DNA of 49,592 nucleotides from a bacterium. Lineage in GTDB: Bacteria; Patescibacteriota; Minisyncoccia; Minisyncoccales; CG1-02-41-26. Location: assembly GCA_021158045.1 (NCBI GenBank), contig JAGGVK010000018.1:1-49592 (forward strand). Reading direction: 5' to 3'. Positions within the stretch are counted from its first letter, which is position 1. Each line of letters begins with the position of its first letter. The position numbers were made by a program, and so were the translations under genes. The notes under the pieces were generated by a model. That model was not told where the DNA came from and searched no databases. It saw nothing but the letters and a program-made list of their open reading frames with translations. Positions 10,060 through 19,000 of the stretch are shown one piece after another.

Positions 10060-11193
10060 ATGAAAATTGAAATTTTAAGAGACAACCTAAAAGAAGCTTT
10101 AAATTGCTTAGAAAGAATTGCTAAGAAAAATTTAAGCTTGCCAATTTTAAATAATATCCTTTTATCCTGTGAAGGTAATTTCTTAAGATTAGATGCTACA
10201 AATCTTGAACTAAGCGTAAGCTGGTGGGTTTTATCAAAAGTAATAGATAAAGAAGGGAAAACAACGGTCCCAGCTGCCTTTTTCTCTAATCTTATCAATC
10301 TTTTAAGGGAAAAAAATATCAAAATAGAAAGTTCAGACAATAAAAATTTAATCCTTAAAACTATAAATCGTAAAATTCAAATTCAAGGGATGCCTCCCGA
10401 GGAATTTCCTATTATCCCCAAAATAAAGAGAGAGAATATTAATGAAATCTCAAGCGAAAAACTTCAAAAAGGAATAACCGAAGTTGTAGAAATTCCATCA
10501 TTATCCCAAATTAAACCAGAAATATCTGGATTATATTTCTTTTCTAAAAAAAACAAACTAAAAATTGTAGCAACTGACAGTTTTAGATTGGCTGAAAAGA
10601 CTATAAATTTAGACAGTAATTTCAAAAAAGAAGTTTCTTTCATCCTTCCCCAAGAGACTTCAAGGCAGTTAATAAGCATTTTAAGCCAAAACTTGTCAGA
10701 AAAAATAAATATTGTTTTATCACAAAACCAAATATTATTTGAGATACCTCAAAAGGAATTCTCTAAACCAAAAGTTCAAGTTTTTTCTCGCTTAATTGAT
10801 GGAGAATTTCCTAAATACCAAGAGATTATTCCTAAATCTTTTAAAACCAAACTTTTATTAGATAAAGAAGAGTTTCAGGAAAATTTAAAAGAGGCAGGGC
10901 TGTTTAGTGGAAGGGTTTCAGAGGTTAAATTAGAATCTTTTTCTAAGGAGAATAAATTAGGGTTATTTTCCCAAAGTTCTGAGTTTGGAAAAAACGAATC
11001 GTATATTCCTGCTAAAATAGAAGGAGAGGATATTAAGACATCTTTTAATTATAAGTTCCTTTTAGCAGGATTAGATAATATTGAGAGTTCTCAAGTAGTA
11101 TTAGAATTAAGCAATGAAGAAGGTCCAGGAGTTTTGAAACCGGTTGGGAGTGATGATTATTTCTATATACTAATGCCCATAAAAGCAAGTTAG
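10060..11193 (+). CDS. dnaN: DNA polymerase III beta sliding clamp
   Basis: MKIEILRDNLKEALN start, position after dnaA, typical length. The track ORF begins upstream at 9988, but the ATG at 10060 fits the family N-terminus. Confidence 0.9.
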   Translation: MKIEILRDNLKEALNCLERIAKKNLSLPILNNILLSCEGNFLRLDATNLELSVSWWVLSKVIDKEGKTTVPAAFFSNLINLLREKNIKIESSDNKNLILKTINRKIQIQGMPPEEFPIIPKIKRENINEISSEKLQKGITEVVEIPSLSQIKPEISGLYFFSKKNKLKIVATDSFRLAEKTINLDSNFKKEVSFILPQETSRQLISILSQNLSEKINIVLSQNQILFEIPQKEFSKPKVQVFSRLIDGEFPKYQEIIPKSFKTKLLLDKEEFQENLKEAGLFSGRVSEVKLESFSKENKLGLFSQSSEFGKNESYIPAKIEGEDIKTSFNYKFLLAGLDNIESSQVVLELSNEEGPGVLKPVGSDDYFYILMPIKAS

Positions 11194-11271
11194 TATAATA
11201 AATAATTATATAGGCAACACTTTTTAACTGTTATTCTAAATTTCCCTAACTATCATCCTGAACTTCCTTAT

Positions 11272-11568
11272 CTGTTATTCTGAGCCGTTAGGCGAAGAAC
11301 CCCCATGGCAAATCTCAAATCTCAAATCTCAAAATGACATCCATTTTTTGTCATTGCGAGGAGTCCCGCTGAAGGCGGGACGACGCGGCAATCTCATTAC
11401 TTCGTCATGGAATAACTACCAATTGTCATTCTGAGCCGTTAGGCGAAGAACCCCCATGGCAAATCTCAAATCTCAAATCTCAAATCTCAAAATCACAATT
11501 CAAAGTTCAAAATTTCTTTTAATTTTAGATTTTAGATTGTTATTTTTCATTTTTCGCTTTTCATTTTT
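11272..11568. repeat. Mosaic dispersed-repeat cluster 3
   Basis: Same modules as cluster 1, plus the AT-rich module AATTCAAAGTTCAAAATTTCTTTTAATTTTAGATTTTAGATTGTTATTTTTCATTTTTC. Confidence 0.9.
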
Positions 11569-11620
11569 AATTTAATTTAGCGCCTTACTTGCGCAATTAA
11601 TTGTAATATTTGTTTTAAAA

Positions 11621-13741
11621 TTATTTTTTCTCTTGGTTGAATTTTAAGACAGCGTATTCCCAATTTTTGAATTGGATATCATCCTTAGAATTTTCCTTTC
11701 CTAAAGGGTCTTTTTTGTTTAAATAATACAAAATACAATGCGGCTTTAAATTGTTTGTTTTTCCATTAAGAATAGGCTTCTCAACTAGTGTTTCTTTTGG
11801 TTTTTCAAAACTTTCTTTTTTGAAATTTTTTAAAGCAAATTCCATAAATTCGTGCCATATAGGACCAGCCAAAGTAACGCCTGGGCCTTTCATAGGAGCG
11901 TTGTTGTTATTTCCAATCCAAACACCAACAGAAATAGAAGGCGTATATCCGATTATCCAAGCATCATTGTATTTTTGAGTAGTGCCGGTTTTTACCGCTA
12001 CTTGATAACCTTTTATATATAATGGGGAATTTATGCCAAACATTGGCGCTCTTAAATTGTTACTTGAAAGAATTTGAGAAATTTCTCTAGCAACATTGCT
12101 TTCTAACACTTTAATGGAACTATTTTTTTCTTTGAATAAAATATTGCCTTTACTGTCTTCTATTTTATAAATAAAACGTGGAAAGGTTCGGTTGCCGTCT
12201 CTTCCAAAAACCCCATAAGCAGATGTTATATCTAAAAGCGTAACTTCTCCTCCACCCAAGACTAAAGACAAGCCGTATTTTAAGGGATTTTTTAAGGTGG
12301 TTATTCCTAAGTTTTTAGCAAGTTCTAAAGTATTTTTTTCTCCAGCTAAATATAATACTTTAACAGACGGCACATTTCGAGATTGGGCTAATGCCTCTTT
12401 AGCTTTAATCAACCCCTTAAACCTGCCGTCGTAATTTTTTGGATGATAGCATTTTATTCCGTATTTATCAGTAAGTTCTTCAGCAGAGGGGGAGCAGTTT
12501 GGGTTAAATTCTGTTTTTACGTCCCAAAGCAGTGTATTAGGAGTAAATCCTTTTTGGAGAAAGGTGGCATAAGCAAAAGGCTTAAAAGCAGAGCCCGGCT
12601 GGCGAAGGGAGGTGGTTATATTTACTTTAGGGTCAAACTTACAGCCTTCTTTACCACAATCTTCTGACTCTCCATACCAATTTTTTGAGCCAACTAAAGC
12701 TAAAACCTCTCCGTTTTTTGGGTTTAGAGCCACTAAAGCGCCATTATGGGCATCAAACCTCTTGTTGTATTTAACGCCTTCTTCTATAAGTTTTTCCGCC
12801 TTTTCCTGAAAATCCCAATTTAGAGTTGTGTAAACTTTTAACCCGGCTTTTTCCAAAAAATCCTTGCTATACATTTCTTCAAGTTTCCTTTTTACCATTA
12901 AAGAAAAGTGTGGCGCCTTAATAATATTGACATTTTTGAAAAATTTTATTTTTTCTTCGAGCGCTTCTTTTTCTTGAGATTCGGTGATATAACCAGCTTT
13001 TTTCATTCCTTTGAGAATGTAATTTTTTATTTGTTGAAGCCTTTCTAAATGCTCGCCATAAGGGGAAAGATATGAGGGAGAACGGATTAAAGCCGCCAAT
13101 ACAGCGCTTTCTGATAGAGATATGTCGGAAACTTTTTTATGAAAGAAAACTTCACTAGCTGTTTCTACTCCATAGATATTTCCTCCGAAAGGGATTATGT
13201 TTAAATACCATTCTAATATCTGCTCTTTCGTATATTTTCTTTCCAATTCTAAAGTTAAAATTACTTCTCTTGTTTTTCTTTTAAGAGTTTTATTTCTAGT
13301 TAAAAAATAGGACCTTATTAACTGCTGAGAAATTGTTGAACCGCCTTCTAACGGTTTTCCTAATTTTAAATCAGCCAATATTGCGCGCAGAATGGCTTTA
13401 AAATCTAAGCCCTTGTGTTGGTAGAAACTTTTGTCTTCTGCTGTTAAAACAGCTTCTCTTAATTTCATTGGTATTTGGCTTAAAGGAACTATTGTTCTTC
13501 TTTCTTTTCCTGAAATTTCGAGTAGGAGCGTTTTTCCAGTTCTGTCATAAACTTTTGTTGATTGGGGGATATCGCCTTCGGCGAATTTTTCTGGCCTTGG
13601 AAGGTCGTTTAGTGAATAAACTAAAAATAATACAAAGCCAAAAAATATAATTGCTAAAAAAACAAGGAATATTTTCAATAGAATCTTGAACCAATTCCTG
13701 TTTTTTTTATAGACAGTTTTATGATGGACTAATTTAGCCAT
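11621..13741 (-). CDS. Class A penicillin-binding protein (PBP1A-type transglycosylase/transpeptidase)
   Basis: N-terminal TM, glycosyltransferase motifs (EDKSFYQHKGLD, GGSTISQQL) and transpeptidase motifs (SAFKP, KTGTT). Confidence 0.9.
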   Translation of the reverse strand: MAKLVHHKTVYKKNRNWFKILLKIFLVFLAIIFFGFVLFLVYSLNDLPRPEKFAEGDIPQSTKVYDRTGKTLLLEISGKERRTIVPLSQIPMKLREAVLTAEDKSFYQHKGLDFKAILRAILADLKLGKPLEGGSTISQQLIRSYFLTRNKTLKRKTREVILTLELERKYTKEQILEWYLNIIPFGGNIYGVETASEVFFHKKVSDISLSESAVLAALIRSPSYLSPYGEHLERLQQIKNYILKGMKKAGYITESQEKEALEEKIKFFKNVNIIKAPHFSLMVKRKLEEMYSKDFLEKAGLKVYTTLNWDFQEKAEKLIEEGVKYNKRFDAHNGALVALNPKNGEVLALVGSKNWYGESEDCGKEGCKFDPKVNITTSLRQPGSAFKPFAYATFLQKGFTPNTLLWDVKTEFNPNCSPSAEELTDKYGIKCYHPKNYDGRFKGLIKAKEALAQSRNVPSVKVLYLAGEKNTLELAKNLGITTLKNPLKYGLSLVLGGGEVTLLDITSAYGVFGRDGNRTFPRFIYKIEDSKGNILFKEKNSSIKVLESNVAREISQILSSNNLRAPMFGINSPLYIKGYQVAVKTGTTQKYNDAWIIGYTPSISVGVWIGNNNNAPMKGPGVTLAGPIWHEFMEFALKNFKKESFEKPKETLVEKPILNGKTNNLKPHCILYYLNKKDPLGKENSKDDIQFKNWEYAVLKFNQEKK

Positions 13742-13887
13742 AAATTATAAAAAATTTAAATTTTGTTCGTGTTTATAGAATTCATTTATTATCCAAGCTC
13801 CGAACCCATTAAATAGTATTGCTTCTATCTTGTTGTGGATTTATTTTTACCTTTACAAATATATTACTATCTATTCAACATTTTTAA

Positions 13888-13912
13888 AAGCCCTTGTGGA
13901 AAACAAGGGCTT
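13888..13912. terminator. Bidirectional intrinsic terminator
   Basis: AAGCCCTTGT-ggaaa-ACAAGGGCTT 10-bp stem with flanking A and T runs, 25 nt after the stop of the acidic micro-ORF. Confidence 0.6.
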
Positions 13913-13936
13913 AGGTTTTTTCTTTTCTGTGGCTTC

Positions 13937-14083
13937 TTAAAATTCATCATTATTTTCTTCGTCAAAGTCTTCCTCTTCGTTTTCGTCTCCCCAAACATCT
14001 TCGCTGTTTTCTGGGAAATCTTCGGGAAAATTTTCGTCAGTATTCTCTTCTGAGTCTTCAAAAGGATTAAAATTAGCTTGCAT
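13937..14083 (-). CDS. 48-aa hyper-acidic micro-protein (candidate)
   Basis: Minus-strand ATG..TAA encodes MQANFNPFEDSEENTDENFPEDFPENSEDVWGDENEEEDFDEENNDEF and is followed by a terminator. Not in the track because it is under 60 aa. Confidence 0.35.
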   Translation of the reverse strand: MQANFNPFEDSEENTDENFPEDFPENSEDVWGDENEEEDFDEENNDEF

Positions 14084-14191
14084 AAGTTGGATTTTAAAAA
14101 ATATCTTCGGCCTTTTATCCTTTATTGAAAACCATTATATTTTTTAAAACAGCCTTGTCAAGCCCTTGCGCTTAAAAAAAATCTAAAGGGC

Positions 14192-14364
14192 GTTGCTTAG
14201 CTAAGCTAAGCAACAAGCTAAGCAACAATGACGAAAAATAACCTATGGCCAAAATTCAAATCTCAAATCTCAAATCTCAAAATCACAATTCAAAATTCAA
14301 AATTTCTTTTAATTTTAGATTTTAGATTGTTATTTTTCATTTTTCATTTTTCACTTTTCATTTG
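14192..14364. repeat. Mosaic dispersed-repeat cluster 4 (hairpin GTTGCTTAGC/GCTAAGCAAC + heptamer run + AT-rich module), left flank of the island
   Basis: Same heptamer and AT-rich composite, in the same orientation, as at 25047-25165 and 25437-25550. Confidence 0.85.
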
Positions 14365-14410
14365 ACTTAATTGCTTTTACTCCTGAATTCTAAAAGAGGG
14401 GATTTTCTCC

Positions 14411-14554
14411 AGAGAGCTGCCAGCAAGTTTTAGGATAATACGAGCATTAGCTCTTAGAAGGCGAGGAGAGAGATTGCTAACCTTCCAAACTAATGTTCGA
14501 TCTAACTTTCCAGCCATCTCCGGGGGAGGGGCTAGAACTTACTGGCAGCTCTCT
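14411..14554. ncRNA. Candidate structured RNA or MITE-like element with a 23-bp closing helix
   Basis: AGAGAGCTGCCAGCAAGTTTTAG (14411-14433) pairs with CTAGAACTTACTGGCAGCTCTCT (14532-14554), with one C/A mismatch and one G-U pair. Internal hairpins are GAGC-atta-GCTC, GAAGG..CCTTC and AGCC-au-CTCC-ggg-GGAG-g-GGCT. Confidence 0.35.
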
Positions 14555-14844
14555 AAAGAAAAGAAAACGCAGATTTTGCTAAAATAAAACCTATTTTAAT
14601 TTGACTATTTTATTTCCTCGCTGTCAAATTTTGAGATTGCGCCCGTTATCACCATTTATTACAAAATAGCACAACTATAGAGACTGCGACAGAAACAGAA
14701 AAATCATTGCTATTGAAATTCTCGATGTTTCTCCGAGACTCCCTTACCATTCAAGGCTCAATTTAAGAAAGGGGAACCTCCTGTCTTAACTGCAGAATAA
14801 CAATTAGCGTTTAATTTCAGAGAACTCTATCCGCCAATTTTATC

Positions 14845-14882
14845 GGTGATTTTTTATTTCTAATCTCCTAAATTCAGAATAA
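14845..14882 (+). repeat. Direct repeat copy 1 (GGTGATTTTTTATTTCTAATCTCCTAAATTCAGAATAA) flanking the 100-aa ORF
   Basis: Near-identical to 15376-15412. A partial third copy (GGTGATTTTTTATTTT) lies at 19370-19385. Confidence 0.8.
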
Positions 14883-15003
14883 CACATATTCCGAACTTAG
14901 GAGATAAGATTTGACATTGACTCTTAATATGATAATCTAAAATTAGACTACAATCCACCCATCACTTCCTCCTATTTTTTCGCTTCGCTTAAAATAGGCA
15001 TCT

Positions 15004-15306
15004 ATGGCAGAAGAAAATATCAAAAAAGTTTTAGAGGACTACAAAGAAGAAACTAATCGGCATTTTGATGTGGTGGCTGAGAATTTGGAAGATAAAATAA
15101 AACAAGTTGCTGAAGGAGTTACGCTTAACACAGAAAAATTACAAGAACACGATCGGAGATTTGACAAAATTGATGAAACCCTAGAAGTCATTAAAGTTGA
15201 TATTGAATTTATTAAACATGAACTTAAACAGAAAATTAATCGCGACGAATTTGCTATCTTAGAAAAAAGAGTGAGCATCCTTGAAGCAAAAGTGAATCGG
15301 CGGTAA
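15004..15306 (+). CDS. 100-aa coiled-coil protein
   Basis: Heptad-like charged sequence (EDKIKQVAEGV...FAILEKRVSILEAKVNRR). It is followed by a small hairpin CACCA-ttgt-TGGTG plus a T-run. No SD. An antisense ORF of equal length exists, so the strand is not certain. Confidence 0.5.
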   Translation: MAEENIKKVLEDYKEETNRHFDVVAENLEDKIKQVAEGVTLNTEKLQEHDRRFDKIDETLEVIKVDIEFIKHELKQKINRDEFAILEKRVSILEAKVNRR

Positions 15307-15375
15307 TAATTTACATTCCAAAAACCAAGTTTCTTATCGGGCAAAATTTTGAAGAACTTCTACTTCACCATTGTT

Positions 15376-15412
15376 GGTGATTTTTTTATTTCTAATCTCC
15401 TAAATCCGGAAT
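15376..15412 (+). repeat. Direct repeat copy 2 (GGTGATTTTTTTATTTCTAATCTCCTAAATCCGGAATA)
   Basis: See 14845-14882. Confidence 0.8.
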
Positions 15413-15511
15413 AGCTTACGGAGGCCCGACCTCCGTAAAATGGCTTTGAAGACTGAAAAAGAGGTAGAAGGAGGAAGAATAATAGTAAACTCTTACCTCC
15501 TTCCTTATGTT

Positions 15512-15883
15512 TCAATCCTCGTCCCGGCGTTTAGCCGCAGGGTCGAGGTTTTCAAACTCTAGCTTTACCGCTCTTATCCTGTGGAACTTTTTGAAGCGAT
15601 AATATCTGCTAGCTGCTTCTACTTCTGATTTCTCTTCCGGTACAATTTCCATTTCTGCCCAGAGAGGATGAACTCCCATATCGCAAATCCGAGTAATAAT
15701 TGAGAGTGGAGCCACAATTACCATTTCATCGTATCCACCCTGCTTGAATATCTTTACTACTTCTTCTGCTGAAGCAAACGGATTCGGAACCTGTTCAATT
15801 TTAATCTCTCCGAAAATCCGCCTTAACTCCCTCTCTTGACTGGGAAGCCAAGGGTGCCTGCTCATCCATAAAATTTTTTTCAC
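15512..15883 (-). CDS. 123-aa protein of unknown family (last gene of the island array)
   Basis: GTG start with GGAGGG SD 7 nt upstream. No motif recognised. Confidence 0.65.
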   Translation of the reverse strand: MKKILWMSRHPWLPSQERELRRIFGEIKIEQVPNPFASAEEVVKIFKQGGYDEMVIVAPLSIITRICDMGVHPLWAEMEIVPEEKSEVEAASRYYRFKKFHRIRAVKLEFENLDPAAKRRDED

Positions 15884-16092
15884 GGATAATCCCTCCTTAT
15901 TCTTTTTTAAAACTGCTACTGAACCGAAGTTCAGGTTTTGACTTATAATTTTACATTATAGACCAAAATCTAAACTCCAAAGATAGGTAGAAGGAGAAGA
16001 AAGATGAGTGCAACATCTTTCTCCTCCTTTTTTTTCTTTTAAAGTGCATTCGGTTTTTTATTTTTGGCTGGACCGAAAATCAGCCATTTATC
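15884..16092. repeat. Island intergenic cassette, copy A
   Basis: Shares ordered blocks with 19315-19577. These are the CTGAAC-loop-GTTCAG hairpin (15919-15934), the block GACCAAAATCTAAACTCCA, the purine/pyrimidine hairpin (15992-16027) plus T8, and a GC hairpin. Confidence 0.75.
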
Positions 16093-19000
16093 TCAATCAT
16101 CACCTCCTTCTAACTTATTTTTAAGAGCTTGGAGTATTTCTTCGGTAACTTCGCCTTCTTTCTCAGAAGGTTCAGTTACTGGGTCACTGGAATCAGCTTT
16201 CTTTTTCGCTTCTTCCAGTTTCTGCTCCAATCCCCTTATTCGTTCCGCCTCCTCAGGAAATGGAGGCTCTAAATGCACTATCACCAATTTGAACCGAGAA
16301 CCACTTATTAACTCTCGACCCAAACTGCAATAGTACATCTTCCCCTCAACCGGCTGACTTCCCCAGCGGTCAACAATGTACTTCACGGTTAATTTACCGT
16401 CTTTAGTAATTGCCTCCCACTGGTCTTCGCCAGTTTTGGGATGTTTGCCCTTGGAGAATCGAAGCCGGATATAACCTTGCTGTTGAGCAATTTTTATGTC
16501 TTCCTCGTATTCTCTTTGGGCTTGCTCCAATTCCCTTTCTGTCCGTTTCAGCTTTACTGCTTCCGGGTTCAGAATCCGCTTGAAATCCTTGAATTCCAGG
16601 GAGTCAAATATCTCTCCTTCTGTCCAGCGACTATCGTCTAAATCGTAGTCAGTAAGTAAGTAGATCTCGCCTACCTCTCTCCGGCGAGAACCACAAGAAC
16701 AACGAAGTTCAGCTACCACTTTTCCGGTATCTGTAACAATTTGAGAAAGCACTGCTGCTTCAATCGGGTATCCTTCCTCATCATATTCAGGGAACTCAAT
16801 CCTTTCCAGCTCATGACTAGCTCTACATTCACCATCATCCATTTCTTTTCCGCAAAGAGGACAATGGGAATAGTGCTTAGCAATTGCCTGTTCAACTTTC
16901 CTTGTGCATTCCGCTCGTTTCTCTAGCAGTTTCTGCAACCCTTTCGTCTTCTCCGAACCCTCGTTAACCAGCTCTAAGGCTTTTTTAAAATTCTCCTTCC
17001 TTAGAGCTGCTTCGCTTTTCCGGATAAAGTTTTGGATATTCTCTTTCTCTTTATATTTAAGAAAGGTATTATCCTCAACTTCCTCCAGAAACTTCTGAAG
17101 GTTGGAGAGCTTTTTCTCCGCTTCCATTTTCAGTCTTTCCGGCTGGCGGATCAATTCTACCAAAACTGTCTCTTCTCCAACTTGAACTTTTAACTCTCTA
17201 ATTTTCTCCTCTTCTAGCAATTGATATTCATCAGCAGAGAAAGGATATAGTATCAGTCCTATCCCCGTAGCAACTTCCTTCTGGGTTTTCATTTGAGAAA
17301 TTTTTTCTAGTTTTTGGGGTGCCAGTTTTGATCCATAGAGAAATCCATCCTTTGTCACATAAAACCATTCCCAATCTGGTCTATCTTCTATTTTCCACCG
17401 TGCTTCTTCTGGCAGAGAAGCAATTTCAGGAAGAATATCTTTCCCCATTCTCCAACTATTTCTGCTCTGCCATTTCCCACTCAACAGTTCCTTCGCCTCA
17501 TTCCGTATCTGTTTCAGTTCTTCCGGGGTTAAGAGAGAAATTGCTTTTTCTCTTTTTTCCTGACTTAAGCATTTGTAGCAGAGTTTCCGTCCAGAAATTG
17601 GGGAAACAGTCGGGTAGGTTCCAGCTTTTCCACATCCTTCGCATTTCTCCTCCTGCCGGCAGAGATTACAGCGCTTATCCTTCCCCTTTGACTCATACCG
17701 CTGGCGTCCACATTTGCACAACGGAAACCATTCCTCAATTTGCGTCCTTACAACCTTGGGAAGTTTCTCAAGAGTTGTTTCTGTTTCCACCCATTTTTCG
17801 TTCCATCCGGATTTCAAAAGAGCTGAAATTCTGATAACCCATCCTGGATCCCAAACCGGGTCCAATCTGTGATTGTAGAACTCACTGCCATCGTATCGAT
17901 AACAATTCCATTCCAACGGATTCTCTTCCGCTACTATCTCTTTCGAAACCAATTTTTCCTTTCCTGTCCGACTCCACTCCAGACCATCTTTGTTATACTT
18001 TACTTTCTGTTTCTCTTCGCAAAGAAACTTCTTCTTGATGATCTGGACTTTCACTCCGGCTTCTGAAAGAACAACTTTGTATTCTTGTCGTTCCTCCGGA
18101 ACCTCTCGAGTCTCAAGTTTTACTTCTCTTGATCCGAGAGATTTTTCCGTACCATCATACTCAATGCGAACTGTACTAATTTCAACCGTATCCGTGTCCT
18201 CAGTCTCCGTTATCTGTTCTCTATATTTCGGTCCTGCTGGAATCGCACGCAGCCCCCTTCCCCGTTTAGCCAGAAATACCCGATAGGTTTTGCCTTTTTC
18301 AGGTTTCCAGCCATCTTGGGGAAAAACCGGCTTCCGTTCGTGCCAGGCAATAAGCCGCTCTTCCTTTTCAGTTGAACGACGCTCATCGCATTCAAAAGAA
18401 ACCTCATCAATTTCCATTAACTCGGCTTCCTCCGAACTCGGCTGGCCAAACCGGCCCTCTTTATCAACCGACTGGCAATGGAGAGTGTAAACTCTCATAC
18501 ACTCTTTTGAAAAAGCATCCATTGCCGTTTGAAAAGTTGCTTCGTCTTGATACTCAAATGGACGAAGCGACTTTCTAACTATAACTACCCCATGACGGAT
18601 TTCGTAATCATAGCCATACTGCCGGTCAATTTCTGCCTCTGGGAGAACCGAGGTCAACTCTTGCGCCAAGAAAGCCCGGATTCTATCCCCCCCATTGATG
18701 TGACCAGATTTAAGCTGGTCTTCACAATGAAGGAGAGTTAATCGACGGACTTCCTTTTCCACATCTGCCCAGGCCTGCTTCCAGTTTTCTTCAGAAGTAA
18801 ATTCCGTCTCAGCCAGGTGCCGCGTCAATTCCAATTCCTGTCCTTTGTGAGTCCGGTATTCAAAACCGCTCTGCCACTTGACCGTTGGGTCAATTACTTT
18901 GCCGAGCTTAACCTTTAGAGTTGGGCAAAGCGATCTGCCCCCATAATGTGTCAGTTCGAATATCACATCTGTAGTCGCCTCAAGAATATCCTTAATCTCA

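Noticed and set aside
13835-14061. 72-aa (+) and 64-aa (-) ORFs from the track.
   Set aside because: Both span the bidirectional terminator hairpin at 13888-13912. They are alternative frames of the GAA/GAT-rich tract, which is better explained by the 48-aa acidic ORF.
14495-14502. GTTCGATC inside the 144-nt element resembles a tRNA T-loop, which would suggest a YrlA-like tRNA-mimic domain.
   Set aside because: The flanking bases (CTAAT / TAACT) do not form a T-stem, so no tRNA-like arm can be drawn.
15938-15949. TTGACT immediately followed by TATAAT in intergenic cassette A looked like a promoter.
   Set aside because: The two hexamers abut with no spacer. No correctly spaced partner exists for either, and copy B lacks both.
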